Part shown: in pieces, positions 8,686 to 17,967 of the stretch
Layout of the letters: each line of letters opens with the position of its first letter
Position numbering within the stretch: position 1 is the first letter of the stretch
Source of the DNA: Deltaproteobacteria bacterium TL4
GTDB lineage: Bacteria > SAR324 > NAC60-12
NCBI GenBank assembly: GCA_051382335.1
Contig: JBBCAX010000326.1
Location: forward strand, 1-18,395
Length of the DNA: 18,395 nucleotides
Direction: 5' to 3'
Notes under the pieces: model-generated
The model's input: the letters and a program-made list of their open reading frames with translations, nothing else
Told to the model about the DNA's origin: nothing
Databases searched by the model: none
Translations under genes and position numbers: made by a program

Positions 8686-10389
8686 ATGCGTACTCTCTTT
8701 TTGTTGATGACCTGCCTGTTGCTGAGTTTATCCCTTGTTGCTTGTGGGGATTTTCAGGCAGGCAGCGAGGATCAGCCTCAAAGTAAGGAATTTCAAAGCA
8801 CTTCGGCGCGGATCAGCATCGGGTTTTCTGATGAAGAAGCTTCGATGGCACGTTTTGTCAGTACCGCCAAATTCAAAGGTGTGACAGGCGATATTTCCAA
8901 AATCACGTTGACGGTCAAAAATGGCACCACGGCGTTGGTCTCCGACAAAGCGCTCACCCAGACTGCTTCAGAATGGAGCGCCACCTTGAGTTCCTTACCG
9001 GTAGGCGTTGCTCTGACCTTTGAAGGACATGCCACCAATGCAGGCAATGTCGAAATTTTTAATGGTTCCACCCAGCAAACCCTGGTCGAATCTGACAACA
9101 ACGTAACTCTGACGCTGGTGCCTGTGGATGACGCAATAACTCCGGCCTTGCCAAAAATCATTCAAATTGCCAATCCTGCCAAGGTTCAAATTTCCAAAAC
9201 GGAAACGATTGCGATCCAGATTGGAGGAACTTCAGGTGAAAAACTGACGTATCAGATCGCGGCTGCTACAAGTGGAGGCTCCTTTACGCCTGCCTCAGGA
9301 GAGATCACACTAACGGGTACCACTGCGACGATCAGTTTTTCTTACACGGCTCCTGCGACTCTTGCCAAATACAAACACACCTTCACGCTCACCAATGCCC
9401 AGAACAACACGGTTTTCCAGGATTTTGAAATGGAGGTGATTCCAGAAATCCCTTCAACGCCACCCGCATTTGCTGCGGTCGCACAAGCAGTAACAACCAC
9501 GAAAAACATGGCAAAGGCAATAACTCTGTCAGCGATCAACACGAGCGTGACCAGCCTCACCTACAACATCACCACGCAACCTCTGTACGGGATAGTGACT
9601 GTCAGTGGCGCGACCGCAACCTACACTCCCACCACTAATTATGTGGGAACCGATTCGTTTGCTTTCAAGGTGAATGATGAAATCAGTGATTCTTCTCCCG
9701 CGACGGTTTCCATTACAGTCAACCGTCCTCCCAATCAGACTCCTGTAGCCAATGCGGGTAGCGCCCAAACCGTGGTGAAGGGAAATACGGTCACCCTAAA
9801 TGGTTCGGCCAGCAGTGATCCGGATGGAGATGCCCTGACTTATAGCTGGTCACTGACCACCAAACCATCAGGCAGCACAGCCACTCTGAGCAACGCCACA
9901 ACAACAACCCCCACCTTTGTGCCTAATGAGGAAGGCAGTTATGTGGCAACCCTTACGGTGAATGATGGCTTTGCTACGTCAACTCCTGCCACAGTCACGA
10001 TCACGGTGACAGATGGCAGACCTGCCAGTTTGTCAGAAATCGTGGGAACCTGGAACTGTCCTTCTTGTATTGGAGGGAGTTTGACGGTGGGTAGTAGTGG
10101 AGTCATTCCCTCAGTGCGTGTGGTGGTCGGTTCTCACGCTGGAGGAACGGGTTGTGTAGCCAGTGATAATGCCGAGTTTAGCGCCATTCAAGTCAATACA
10201 AGCCTGTTTACCTTTACTTCCAGATACGAGGCCAATTACTACTCTGTGAGTACACAAGTAATAGCCAATCTGACTGGAAAATTCATCAATAACAAATTGC
10301 AAATGAGTGTAACGTACAGTTTTACCAGGTTTGATTATAATTATACGCTCTGCAATCCAACTCTTACCATGGTAGATTCTACCCATTGA
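8686..10389 (+). CDS. Lipoprotein paralog B: two shared stalk domains, a cadherin/Big_9-like Ig domain, a PKD-like Ig domain and an unknown Cys-containing tip
   Basis: Lipobox LVAC; YTPTTNYVGTDSFAFKVND; PVANAG...LNGSASSDPDGDALTYSW...LTVNDG. Confidence 0.9.
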   Translation: MRTLFLLMTCLLLSLSLVACGDFQAGSEDQPQSKEFQSTSARISIGFSDEEASMARFVSTAKFKGVTGDISKITLTVKNGTTALVSDKALTQTASEWSATLSSLPVGVALTFEGHATNAGNVEIFNGSTQQTLVESDNNVTLTLVPVDDAITPALPKIIQIANPAKVQISKTETIAIQIGGTSGEKLTYQIAAATSGGSFTPASGEITLTGTTATISFSYTAPATLAKYKHTFTLTNAQNNTVFQDFEMEVIPEIPSTPPAFAAVAQAVTTTKNMAKAITLSAINTSVTSLTYNITTQPLYGIVTVSGATATYTPTTNYVGTDSFAFKVNDEISDSSPATVSITVNRPPNQTPVANAGSAQTVVKGNTVTLNGSASSDPDGDALTYSWSLTTKPSGSTATLSNATTTTPTFVPNEEGSYVATLTVNDGFATSTPATVTITVTDGRPASLSEIVGTWNCPSCIGGSLTVGSSGVIPSVRVVVGSHAGGTGCVASDNAEFSAIQVNTSLFTFTSRYEANYYSVSTQVIANLTGKFINNKLQMSVTYSFTRFDYNYTLCNPTLTMVDSTH

Positions 10390-10460
10390 ACGGCATGGTT
10401 CAAAAATGTCCATTTTCAGGTAACAGAACGGATTGTAGAGATCTCCAGAAAAGTTCTTTC

Positions 10461-10531
10461 CTGGGAACGCGGGCATCTTGCCCGCAAAAGCAGGCGGGAC
10501 GCCTGCGCTCCCAGCAGAAATTTATCTGGAC
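10461..10531. repeat. REP-like doublet, with an inverted near-copy at 17721-17790
   Basis: CTGGGAACGCGGGCATCTTGCCCGC...GCAGGCGGGACGCCTGCGCTCCCAG; its reverse complement aligns with 17721-17790 with few mismatches. Confidence 0.88.
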
Positions 10532-10562
10532 CTCGATACTCGTTCCGATGCTTTGGAACGAC

Positions 10563-10679
10563 AAAAGAATAACTTCCCAAAGTTTTTATTTCGAATGGTA
10601 GGGAGAGCGTCCCGCTCTCCAGCAAGGGCGAGACGCCCTTGCTACCAAGAAAATCCTAACTTATGGAAGTTATTCTTTT
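10563..10679. repeat. Nested palindrome: 22-bp outer IR around a GGTAG REP-like doublet
   Basis: AAAAGAATAACTTCCCAAAGTT / AACTTATGGAAGTTATTCTTTT (2 mismatches); inner hairpins at 10596-10620 and 10622-10647. Confidence 0.85.
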
Positions 10680-10831
10680 CACGATCCTTTGAATGGGAAC
10701 GAAGTAGAAAAGATGTCACCCTGATTTGAACCATGCCCATTGAACATTGTCTGGTTACGACAGCTTCCGCCTCGTAACCCAAATGAGGAGGCTTCCGCCT
10801 CCCTTCCATTCAACTTCGTAAGGAGTTTTCT

Positions 10832-13090
10832 ATGCTACGTACTTGCTTTCTGTTCATAACCAGTCTGTTGTTGAGTTTATCGCTCCTATCTTGTAGTGAT
10901 TTTGTGTCTGATAACAAGGATAGCCGTCAAGCCACGGAATCTCAAAGCGCTTCAGCACAGATCACCATCGGGTTTCCTGATGAAGATTCTACTCTGACTC
11001 GTTTTATCAGCACCGCCAAATTCAAGGGAGTGGTAGGAGATGTGACACAAATTACCCTGACCGTCAAAAATGGCACAACCGCTGTGGTGACTGATAAAGC
11101 GCTCACTCAAACCGCTTCCGAGTGGACCTTGACCTTGACTGATTTGCCAGTGGGAGTGGCATTGACCTTTGAAGGCCACGCTTACAACGCGACCAATGTC
11201 GAAATCTTCAATGGTTCCACCCAGCAAACCCTGGTTGAAGCCGATAACACGGTCGCTTTGACGTTGGCGCCAGTGGATGACGCAGTCACGCCGACCTTGC
11301 CCAAAATCAGTCAGGTCGCCAATCCCGCCAAAGTCAGTGCATCCAAAACAGCAACAGTTTCCCTCCTGATTGGAGGAACCTCCGGGGAAAAAATGACGTA
11401 TCAAATCACTGCCGCCACCAATGGAGGCTCGTTTAATCCAGCGTCAGGAAACATTACACTGACAGGCACAACTGCAACGATTGCCCTCACCTACACGGCG
11501 CCTGCGACGCTGGCTAAATACAAACACACCTTTGCGATCACGAATTCCCAAGGCAACATCGTGTCCATTGATTTTGAGATGGAAGTCGTTCAGCAAACCA
11601 CGACCAGCACCGTGAAAGTTCAGTTTAATCCAGTTGTGACCGCACTGAAAACCACTCGTTCCGGCACCGACATTATCTGGACTGCTACCGTCAACGATGA
11701 CACTGCCGCCAGCACCTTGCGTTACTTATGGACGTTCGCAGGAAAAACCTTTGTGGATGCCACCACCAATCCTGCCACCTTACAAAACTACACCGAAGCC
11801 ACCACCGGAAACCTCGTTCTCAAAGTCACTGATGTCAACGGCACCGGAGGCTCCACTACCGTCACCTATCCTCTTGCCGAAGGGCAATTTCCTGATAACG
11901 CAATCCTGAATATCACGGGTTCCACCACCGGACTGGTGGCTTATTATCCTTTCAACGGCAACGCCAATGATGAAAGCGGAAATGGAAACAATGGAACTGT
12001 CAACGGAGCCACTTTAGCCACGGATCGGCATGGGGTGGCAAATAAGGCGTATAGTTTTAATGGAAGCAGTAATTATATTGCTCTCCCCAGTGGATTCAAA
12101 GATTTCACAGGAGGTATTACAGTTTCTGTTTGGGCATATCCGGCTGCTCTGAATTATTGGTCAAGATTTATCGATTTTGGAAACGGTGCTAGCAGCGATA
12201 ACATTTTGCTGGCTAATGAAGGTAGTAGTTCCACTCTGACTTTTGTATCTTTTTCTGCTTCCAGTGAGTTAACACGCACCTCTGTCAGTAGCAGTATTGG
12301 TTTGAATCAATGGCAACATTTTGTGGCAGTCAATGATACCCTTGGGAATGTGTATTTATTCAAAAATGGGGTTAAAATTGCGACAGGTACCTCTACCGGG
12401 TTACCTAAAAATGTGACTCGGAACAATAACTACATTGGTAAAAGTAATTGGTCTGTTGATGGATATTATAGTGGTAAAATCGACGACCTCCGCATTTACA
12501 ACCGTGCTTTGTCTGCGGCAGAGGTGAGCGCTTTGTATGAGACTGAGAAGCCTGTTACAACGTCAACTGCTAGCACGGTTCTGCAACCAGGACCAGAAGA
12601 GGGAAGGGATACTTTTGTGAGAAGTTCTTTACCTACACCTTCAGCAGAATGGGAAACCTACCGCTTGGTATGTGAATCCGTCCTGCCAACAGGAGGATGG
12701 GGAGATCAATATTATTCATTGCTAAAATTTAACTTAACTAGCTTGCCTGAACATGCGACTTCAGCAAAAATTTATTTATATTCTATCCAGACAGGAGGAA
12801 ATGGTGTTACCCCTCTATATTTAGATCAAGTCACATCTTCCTGGAATGATACAACAACCTGGTCAACTAAACCTACATCAATCAACCTATCAGAACTTTC
12901 TGCACCAATTCCCAATGAATGGTATGAATTAGATATTACAGAACTCTATAATAAATGGAAGTCTGGTGGGGCTACAAATCATGGAATACAATTGCGTCCT
13001 AAAAATACATGGAACTACTGGAATAACTTTTACAGCTCAAATTATATGGATGACCCATCATTAAGACCTAAATTAGTTATTACTCCGTAA
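10832..13090 (+). CDS. Lipoprotein paralog C: three shared stalk domains, a LamG/concanavalin domain and a DNRLRE/CBM96-like domain
   Basis: RBS AAGGAG; lipobox LLSC; LVAYYPFNGNANDESGNGNNG...IDDLRIYNRALS; LQPGPEEGRDT...LLKFNL...WYELDITELY...NHGI...RPKLVIT. Confidence 0.9.
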   Translation: MLRTCFLFITSLLLSLSLLSCSDFVSDNKDSRQATESQSASAQITIGFPDEDSTLTRFISTAKFKGVVGDVTQITLTVKNGTTAVVTDKALTQTASEWTLTLTDLPVGVALTFEGHAYNATNVEIFNGSTQQTLVEADNTVALTLAPVDDAVTPTLPKISQVANPAKVSASKTATVSLLIGGTSGEKMTYQITAATNGGSFNPASGNITLTGTTATIALTYTAPATLAKYKHTFAITNSQGNIVSIDFEMEVVQQTTTSTVKVQFNPVVTALKTTRSGTDIIWTATVNDDTAASTLRYLWTFAGKTFVDATTNPATLQNYTEATTGNLVLKVTDVNGTGGSTTVTYPLAEGQFPDNAILNITGSTTGLVAYYPFNGNANDESGNGNNGTVNGATLATDRHGVANKAYSFNGSSNYIALPSGFKDFTGGITVSVWAYPAALNYWSRFIDFGNGASSDNILLANEGSSSTLTFVSFSASSELTRTSVSSSIGLNQWQHFVAVNDTLGNVYLFKNGVKIATGTSTGLPKNVTRNNNYIGKSNWSVDGYYSGKIDDLRIYNRALSAAEVSALYETEKPVTTSTASTVLQPGPEEGRDTFVRSSLPTPSAEWETYRLVCESVLPTGGWGDQYYSLLKFNLTSLPEHATSAKIYLYSIQTGGNGVTPLYLDQVTSSWNDTTTWSTKPTSINLSELSAPIPNEWYELDITELYNKWKSGGATNHGIQLRPKNTWNYWNNFYSSNYMDDPSLRPKLVITP

Positions 13091-13163
13091 CTAACGGGTA
13101 CTAAAAGAAGGACAGACGTGTCGAATACAAGGAATGTCCATCCACAAAGAAGACCCACAGAGG

Positions 13164-13187
13164 AAATCAGGGGACATAATACTTATG
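13164..13187 (-). repeat. Right copy of 24-bp long-range inverted repeat
   Basis: AAATCAGGGGACATAATACTTATG; its reverse complement differs from 4364-4387 at one base. Confidence 0.92.
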
Positions 13188-13788
13188 GTATTATGTTGTT
13201 GGTATCCATGATGCTTCTAATACACAAATGCGAGTTTACGTGAATGGAAATTTGGAGAATGACAGTAGCCATGATGTTTATTATTACAAAGGCCGACACC
13301 TGAATATTTATTCGGGAGCGAAAGTGACCTTGAAAAATAACCTGTTTATGGGAGTTTACGATCTGTATCATGTCAATGGTGAAGCCAGCGTTGAGGTTCG
13401 TTCCAACCTGCTCTACACCAATTCGCTGAATCACTACAATAGGGAGTATCCTTATCCTGAAAACACCGTGCTTACCGCGGACGCCAATGATGCCACAGGG
13501 GTTGCTTCCCCTATTCCGGTGGTGGATAAAGCGGGTTACGATTATCGGCTTAATGCTTCGTCAGAAGCCAAAGACCAGGGCCTGGATCCCGGGGAAGCGT
13601 ATGGGTTTTCGCTGGTTCCCCAATACCATTTTGTGGGTGCCGGACAAAACCACACCAAACGAGCCACAGCCAACGGAAAGATCGATATTGGAGCCTATGA
13701 AGTTGACGGAAGTGAAGCATTGGATAACACTACGGAAAAAGAAGAGCATCACGATCCCCTTCTCCCTGACGAGAGTCGCCCCCTTTGA
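13186..13788 (+). pseudogene. 5'-truncated surface-protein remnant (LamG fragment fused to a beta-helix-type C-terminus)
   Basis: Frame is open from the IR edge: WYYVVGIHDASNTQMRVYVNGNLEN (internal LamG strands), then ...DYRLNASSEAKDQG...DIGAYE; no signal peptide or RBS. Confidence 0.65.
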
Positions 13789-13796
13789 AGTTCAGA

Positions 13797-13820
13797 AGCC
13801 TGGCCTCAACAAGCCAGGCT
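13797..13820. terminator. Hairpin between convergent genes
   Basis: 8-bp stem AGCCTGGC/GCCAGGCT; no strong U tract, so it could be a REP-like unit instead. Confidence 0.4.
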
Positions 13821-13834
13821 GCGCCTTTAAAACT

Positions 13835-14047
13835 TTATTTCAGTAATTCCCAATACTTAATCACCTGCTTATTAACAATTTTCCCATCTTTAAGGCCGAT
13901 GGCATTCGGAGTGTGCCACTTAACCAGGTCGATCAAAACATCACCGTCCATCAGGGTGATCCGGATTTGTTTCTTTTCCGTAATGACCTGACTTAGTAAA
14001 ATGGCTTCATAGGGAGGAGCATCTTGAAGAGAGGAGCCTTTTCCCAT
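13835..14047 (-). CDS. Divergent Hfq/Sm-like protein, 70 aa
   Basis: MGKGSSLQD resembles Hfq MAKGQSLQD; Sm1-like IRITLMDGDVL; Sm2-like IVNKQVI; RBS AAGGA upstream. Confidence 0.6.
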   Translation of the reverse strand: MGKGSSLQDAPPYEAILLSQVITEKKQIRITLMDGDVLIDLVKWHTPNAIGLKDGKIVNKQVIKYWELLK

Positions 14048-14173
14048 AAAATCCTTGCAATGAAAAGGTTAGTAAACTCTCACCAAAGATTCTGCTTTTC
14101 ACCGCCGCAAGACTCTTCACGGAGTACAGGAGAGAAGGTGATTTCCAAGCAGGCACTCCACAAGAGCGCCACG

Positions 14174-17100
14174 CTACATTGATTTTAGTTCTTCTGCGAG
14201 TTTTCTGATTAACTCAGGCATCGCGCTTTTCAACGCCTTATGTACGGAACTCGCAATCATGTTTTCGACTATTTGCTCTAAGCTACTGGAAGACGCTCGT
14301 TTAGAAGGACGTTCCAGATGAGGATCTGACGGGATCACCAGAGGTTCTTCAATTAAAGGAAAGTCTTCGTCTGAGACCTCTAACCTGACTTCAGAGGACT
14401 CGTCTTCCAAAGTCACTTCCAACTCTGATTCCGCGTCTATCGCAGCACTGCCAACCTCAGACGCTGGCTCTGAGTTCTCATCCAGTTCGTCATGGAAAGA
14501 GACGCTTTCAGCATCTTCAATCTCTTCGGAATCCTCAAGCGTTTCCAATTCTGCTTCCTCATCCAACTCATCATGAAAGGACATCACTTCCGTGTCTTCA
14601 TCTTCGAAATCAGAGTCTAACGGACTCTCAAGAGCATCAACCTCTTCGCTTAGCTCTGTGGAACTATCTCTAAACGAATTGTCACTCAGATTCTGTTCCA
14701 TTTCGTTTTCATCAATGTCTTCTTCAAACAGAGGTTCTTCAGAAAGATCGTATTGTGAACTTTCTATGGAGGCCATCTCTTGATCTAACTCGTCCAGTTC
14801 AGCAAGGGCTTCTTGCTCCATTTGTTGTAAAGCTTCAGCATCTTTTTCGAGATCTTGTTCAAAAATATCTTCCCTGGTTATAGGTTCTGGTGAGCTCTCA
14901 TCCTCAGCACTCAAAGAATCCGTACTGAAATCTTCAGAATCCATAGTCAATTCATCGTCGCTTTGAACAGACTCCTCCAATTCACTTTCATCGCCTAGTT
15001 CAAGAGCGTCGTCCTCTTCGTCAAAGAGAGATTCATCGCTGCCGAACTCCTCGGCCTCCTCCGATAAAGCTGATAGTTCTTCATCCTCTTCGGCAAATAA
15101 GGCAGCGTCATCGTCAAGAGCCTCAGTCTCCGTTTCCTCATCAAATAAAGAACGCTCTTCATCAAAAGAAGCCTCCCCAAGGACATCACTTGGAGACTCT
15201 TCTTCAAATAACGCACTTTCGTCATCAGCGTCTTCCAGACCCGGCTCTTCGTCACTTTCATCCTCCAAGAAGAGAGAGTCTTCATCAAGAGCGTCTTCAC
15301 GCATAGAATCAGAATCAGCAAAAACATCTTCTTCCCTAGAAGCGTCGGAGTTCATGGTTTCTTCAACACTCGAAAGTGTCCCAATCCTGGTAATCAAATC
15401 ATCATCAACAACAGCCTGATCACTGCTTTCCAAAATTGCGTCCGGATCATAGAACACAATTTGATCCTGATCCAAAACAACACGGTCCCAAGCATGAGGT
15501 AAGGTGACTTGTTTATCTTCAGTTGTCATATCCAAAAACAATTCGTCATCGGTTGAGACATAGCAGGTTATCTCACTTTCTTCCGAATCCTCTGATAAAT
15601 TGACACCCTCAGGACTATCAACAATAAAATCATTTTTAGTTAAGGAAATGTCCTCTAACCCACCGCGTAAAGTCTGTACCGAATCGGTGTCATAGGTATT
15701 CAAATCGACATCATCCACAAAATCATTCAGTTCCAGATCAATATCCACCAAGCCTTTTCTTAGGGTTTGAGCGCCCACTTTTTTGTAGTAGTCTTCCTGA
15801 TCCAACGAAGGAAGATCCTGATCATCTCCTAAAATAAGTTCGTCCTCATCTTCTTCCAGCGTAATCTCACCAACGGCAAAGTCTTCCATTTCCAGGTCGG
15901 AGGTATCGGAAGCATCTAAAAATGAGGCATCCACCTCTGAGGAATCTAACACAATTTCTTCATCGTCAAATTCAGAATCCTCTTCGAAGTCATCCAGCGT
16001 CACCTCGACACGATCCATCTGTTGTAGTTCTTCTCTGCTGGGAAGTGCCTGTTCAAAACGCGCGTCGATTTTCTGTAGGGGAATCTCAAATGACGAGGCC
16101 TCGGAAGGACTATCCTCCTCTGACAGGGAAAACAACACTTCCTCTTCCTGTTCAAAATCCATTTCGCCTTCATTGTCTTCTTCAACAACAGAGGCCCCCA
16201 TAGGATTTTCCTCCCAGATCATTGCTGTCCTGTCAGCGGAAGGCTGATCTTCAATGACCAACTGATCTTCTATTCCTGATTGTTTCAGTTGCCCCAAGCC
16301 ATCTTGAGGTTCAGAAAATGCTTTGGTTTGTGGCTCCTGTAACAGGGCTCCCCCCTCAGTTGCCTCCATATCGTCAGCGGATGAGAGAATCACTGAGTCT
16401 TGTGAGCTTGCGAATAAGGCCTCCGCCTCATCCTCGTCCAACTCCAAACCTTCTTCGTCGACATCACCATCATTGTCATCTTCATCAAACGCCTCACCCT
16501 CAAGCGTCTCTTCATCTTCATCTTCGCTGGAGATCATAACCACAGCGTCATCGTCGGGTTCGACCAAATCGCTCACATCGTTATAGGAAACATCCGTCTC
16601 AAGTTGTAGAATTTCGTCATCGGTCAAATCAAGTTCATCTTCGTTGTCTTCTTCGAGTAACGAAGCGTCTTCTTCATCTTCAGACAACTCCATATCCTCG
16701 TCTCTCAAGGTTAGCAAGGCATCATCACTTTCATCGACTTGCTGTGAAAGATCAAGCTCCAGCAGGTCCTCGAAATCATCTTCAAATTCGGTCTCATCGC
16801 CCTTACTTTCGGAAATATCGATAACCTCAAGTCGATCAGAATCAACCTCGTCCAGATTGTCTTCAATGCTGGAAGCGTCCAAAGCCTCTTCATCCATAGA
16901 GATTTCATCCTCCAAAGAAACGCCAACCATGAGTTCTTCGTCCTCCTCGACTGGCCCTTCAATTTCCTCAGAAAAATCTACTTCAGGAACGTCATCATCT
17001 GTAAAGTTAGAGGCCGGAGGTGTGTCTTTAAGCAGATCCAGCATTTCATCATCAAAAACTTTAATACTCTCTTCAATTAATTGAGGTGATTCGTCAAAAG

Positions 17101-17506
17101 ACTGAGCTTGCTGAAACGCTTCTGCGGCCGGCATTAAGAAGGCTGAGGGAATGAATTGTTTGACTTCTTCCTGAAGGGTTGCTGCCTCAAAAGGAATCTG
17201 AATCAACCCATTAATTTTTAATTGCTGAAGTTGTTTTGTATCAATCCGGTCTCTGGCTTTTGCCAACAAAAGCAGCGGCACATTGCAAAGATCCTGGTCT
17301 TTTCGAAGCTCTTTGCAAGTAACGTAATTGTTCCGGCCATCAGAATTGCTAATTAAGATCAAATCGGGTTTGAGTTGTTTAGCCCGAGCTAAAAACCTAC
17401 TAGAGTCCTGTTCTTGATAAATTTGCAGGGTGCTTATCTGTAGCGTTGATGTAACCAACCCCTGAATAGTTTGACTTTCTTCAAGTACAAGAACAGATTT
17501 CGACAT
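14174..17506 (-). CDS. Pseudo-receiver domain protein with a very long acidic linker and helical C-terminus (RomR-like architecture)
   Basis: Receiver-fold pattern VLVLEES...KPDLILIS...VPLLLL, with Ser at the expected phospho-Asp; ~900 aa D/E-rich region; C-terminus LEQIVENMIASSVHKALKSAMPELIRKLAEEL. Confidence 0.85.
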   Translation of the reverse strand: MSKSVLVLEESQTIQGLVTSTLQISTLQIYQEQDSSRFLARAKQLKPDLILISNSDGRNNYVTCKELRKDQDLCNVPLLLLAKARDRIDTKQLQQLKINGLIQIPFEAATLQEEVKQFIPSAFLMPAAEAFQQAQSFDESPQLIEESIKVFDDEMLDLLKDTPPASNFTDDDVPEVDFSEEIEGPVEEDEELMVGVSLEDEISMDEEALDASSIEDNLDEVDSDRLEVIDISESKGDETEFEDDFEDLLELDLSQQVDESDDALLTLRDEDMELSEDEEDASLLEEDNEDELDLTDDEILQLETDVSYNDVSDLVEPDDDAVVMISSEDEDEETLEGEAFDEDDNDGDVDEEGLELDEDEAEALFASSQDSVILSSADDMEATEGGALLQEPQTKAFSEPQDGLGQLKQSGIEDQLVIEDQPSADRTAMIWEENPMGASVVEEDNEGEMDFEQEEEVLFSLSEEDSPSEASSFEIPLQKIDARFEQALPSREELQQMDRVEVTLDDFEEDSEFDDEEIVLDSSEVDASFLDASDTSDLEMEDFAVGEITLEEDEDELILGDDQDLPSLDQEDYYKKVGAQTLRKGLVDIDLELNDFVDDVDLNTYDTDSVQTLRGGLEDISLTKNDFIVDSPEGVNLSEDSEESEITCYVSTDDELFLDMTTEDKQVTLPHAWDRVVLDQDQIVFYDPDAILESSDQAVVDDDLITRIGTLSSVEETMNSDASREEDVFADSDSMREDALDEDSLFLEDESDEEPGLEDADDESALFEEESPSDVLGEASFDEERSLFDEETETEALDDDAALFAEEDEELSALSEEAEEFGSDESLFDEEDDALELGDESELEESVQSDDELTMDSEDFSTDSLSAEDESSPEPITREDIFEQDLEKDAEALQQMEQEALAELDELDQEMASIESSQYDLSEEPLFEEDIDENEMEQNLSDNSFRDSSTELSEEVDALESPLDSDFEDEDTEVMSFHDELDEEAELETLEDSEEIEDAESVSFHDELDENSEPASEVGSAAIDAESELEVTLEDESSEVRLEVSDEDFPLIEEPLVIPSDPHLERPSKRASSSSLEQIVENMIASSVHKALKSAMPELIRKLAEELKSM

Positions 17507-17713
17507 TGTTCTACCTCTGCATTAAAATTATAATAGCTTTCAGAATTTGAAACCTTCCTACTTCTTCCCTTAATCCAAGGAAATCACCCGATCAAGATAA
17601 AAGTGTTATTTTTATCTATTTCCCGGATATAATCTCCGGTCATGCTACTCATGCAAGCATGAAACCAATGGTATACCTCTTTTTTAGCAAAAGGCTCAAG
17701 TCTTTCGAACAAA

Positions 17714-17912
17714 TATAGTTGTCCAGATAAATTTCTGCGAGAGCGCAGGCATCCCGCCTGCTTTTGCGGGCAAAAGGCCAGCGTTCCCAGGACAATATAG
17801 TTCGCCAAAAAAGTTTTGTCTCGGGGGGAGGACGTCCCGCCCTCCGGTGAGGGCAAGATGCCCTTGTTCCCAGAACAAAACTTTCCTTGAGCACTATACT
17901 TTTCTGGAGAGT
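17714..17912. mobile_element. REPIN/MITE-like element with a second palindromic element (17796-17898) nested inside
   Basis: The outer element matches 10431-10535 in reverse; the insert is bounded by TATAGT...ACTATA with IR AAAGTTTTGT/ACAAAACTTT. Confidence 0.75.
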
Positions 17913-17967
17913 AACTCAGCGGTTATAGTCCTCGTTTCGCTAAAAGGCCGTAAGTTTTGAAATCCGG

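Larger units (their letters stand above)
10392..10737. mobile_element. 346-bp MITE with 13-bp TIRs and an 8-bp target-site duplication, containing nested REP-like elements
   Basis: TIR GGCATGGTTCAAA (10392-10404) / TTTGAACCATGCC (10725-10737); direct repeat CATTGAAC at 10384-10391 and 10738-10745. Confidence 0.9.

Noticed and set aside
6612..8686. Integron cassette array
   Set aside because: The TA density is suggestive, but I found no consistent attC RYYYAAC...GTTRRRY boundaries and no integrase.
10386..10729. Small ORFs here and at 17584-17894
   Set aside because: They are translations of REP/MITE palindromes.
14592..17084. Ser-rich and other short ORFs overlapping the acidic gene, and antisense ORFs across the lipoprotein genes
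   Set aside because: Shadow frames produced by biased codon usage of the real genes.
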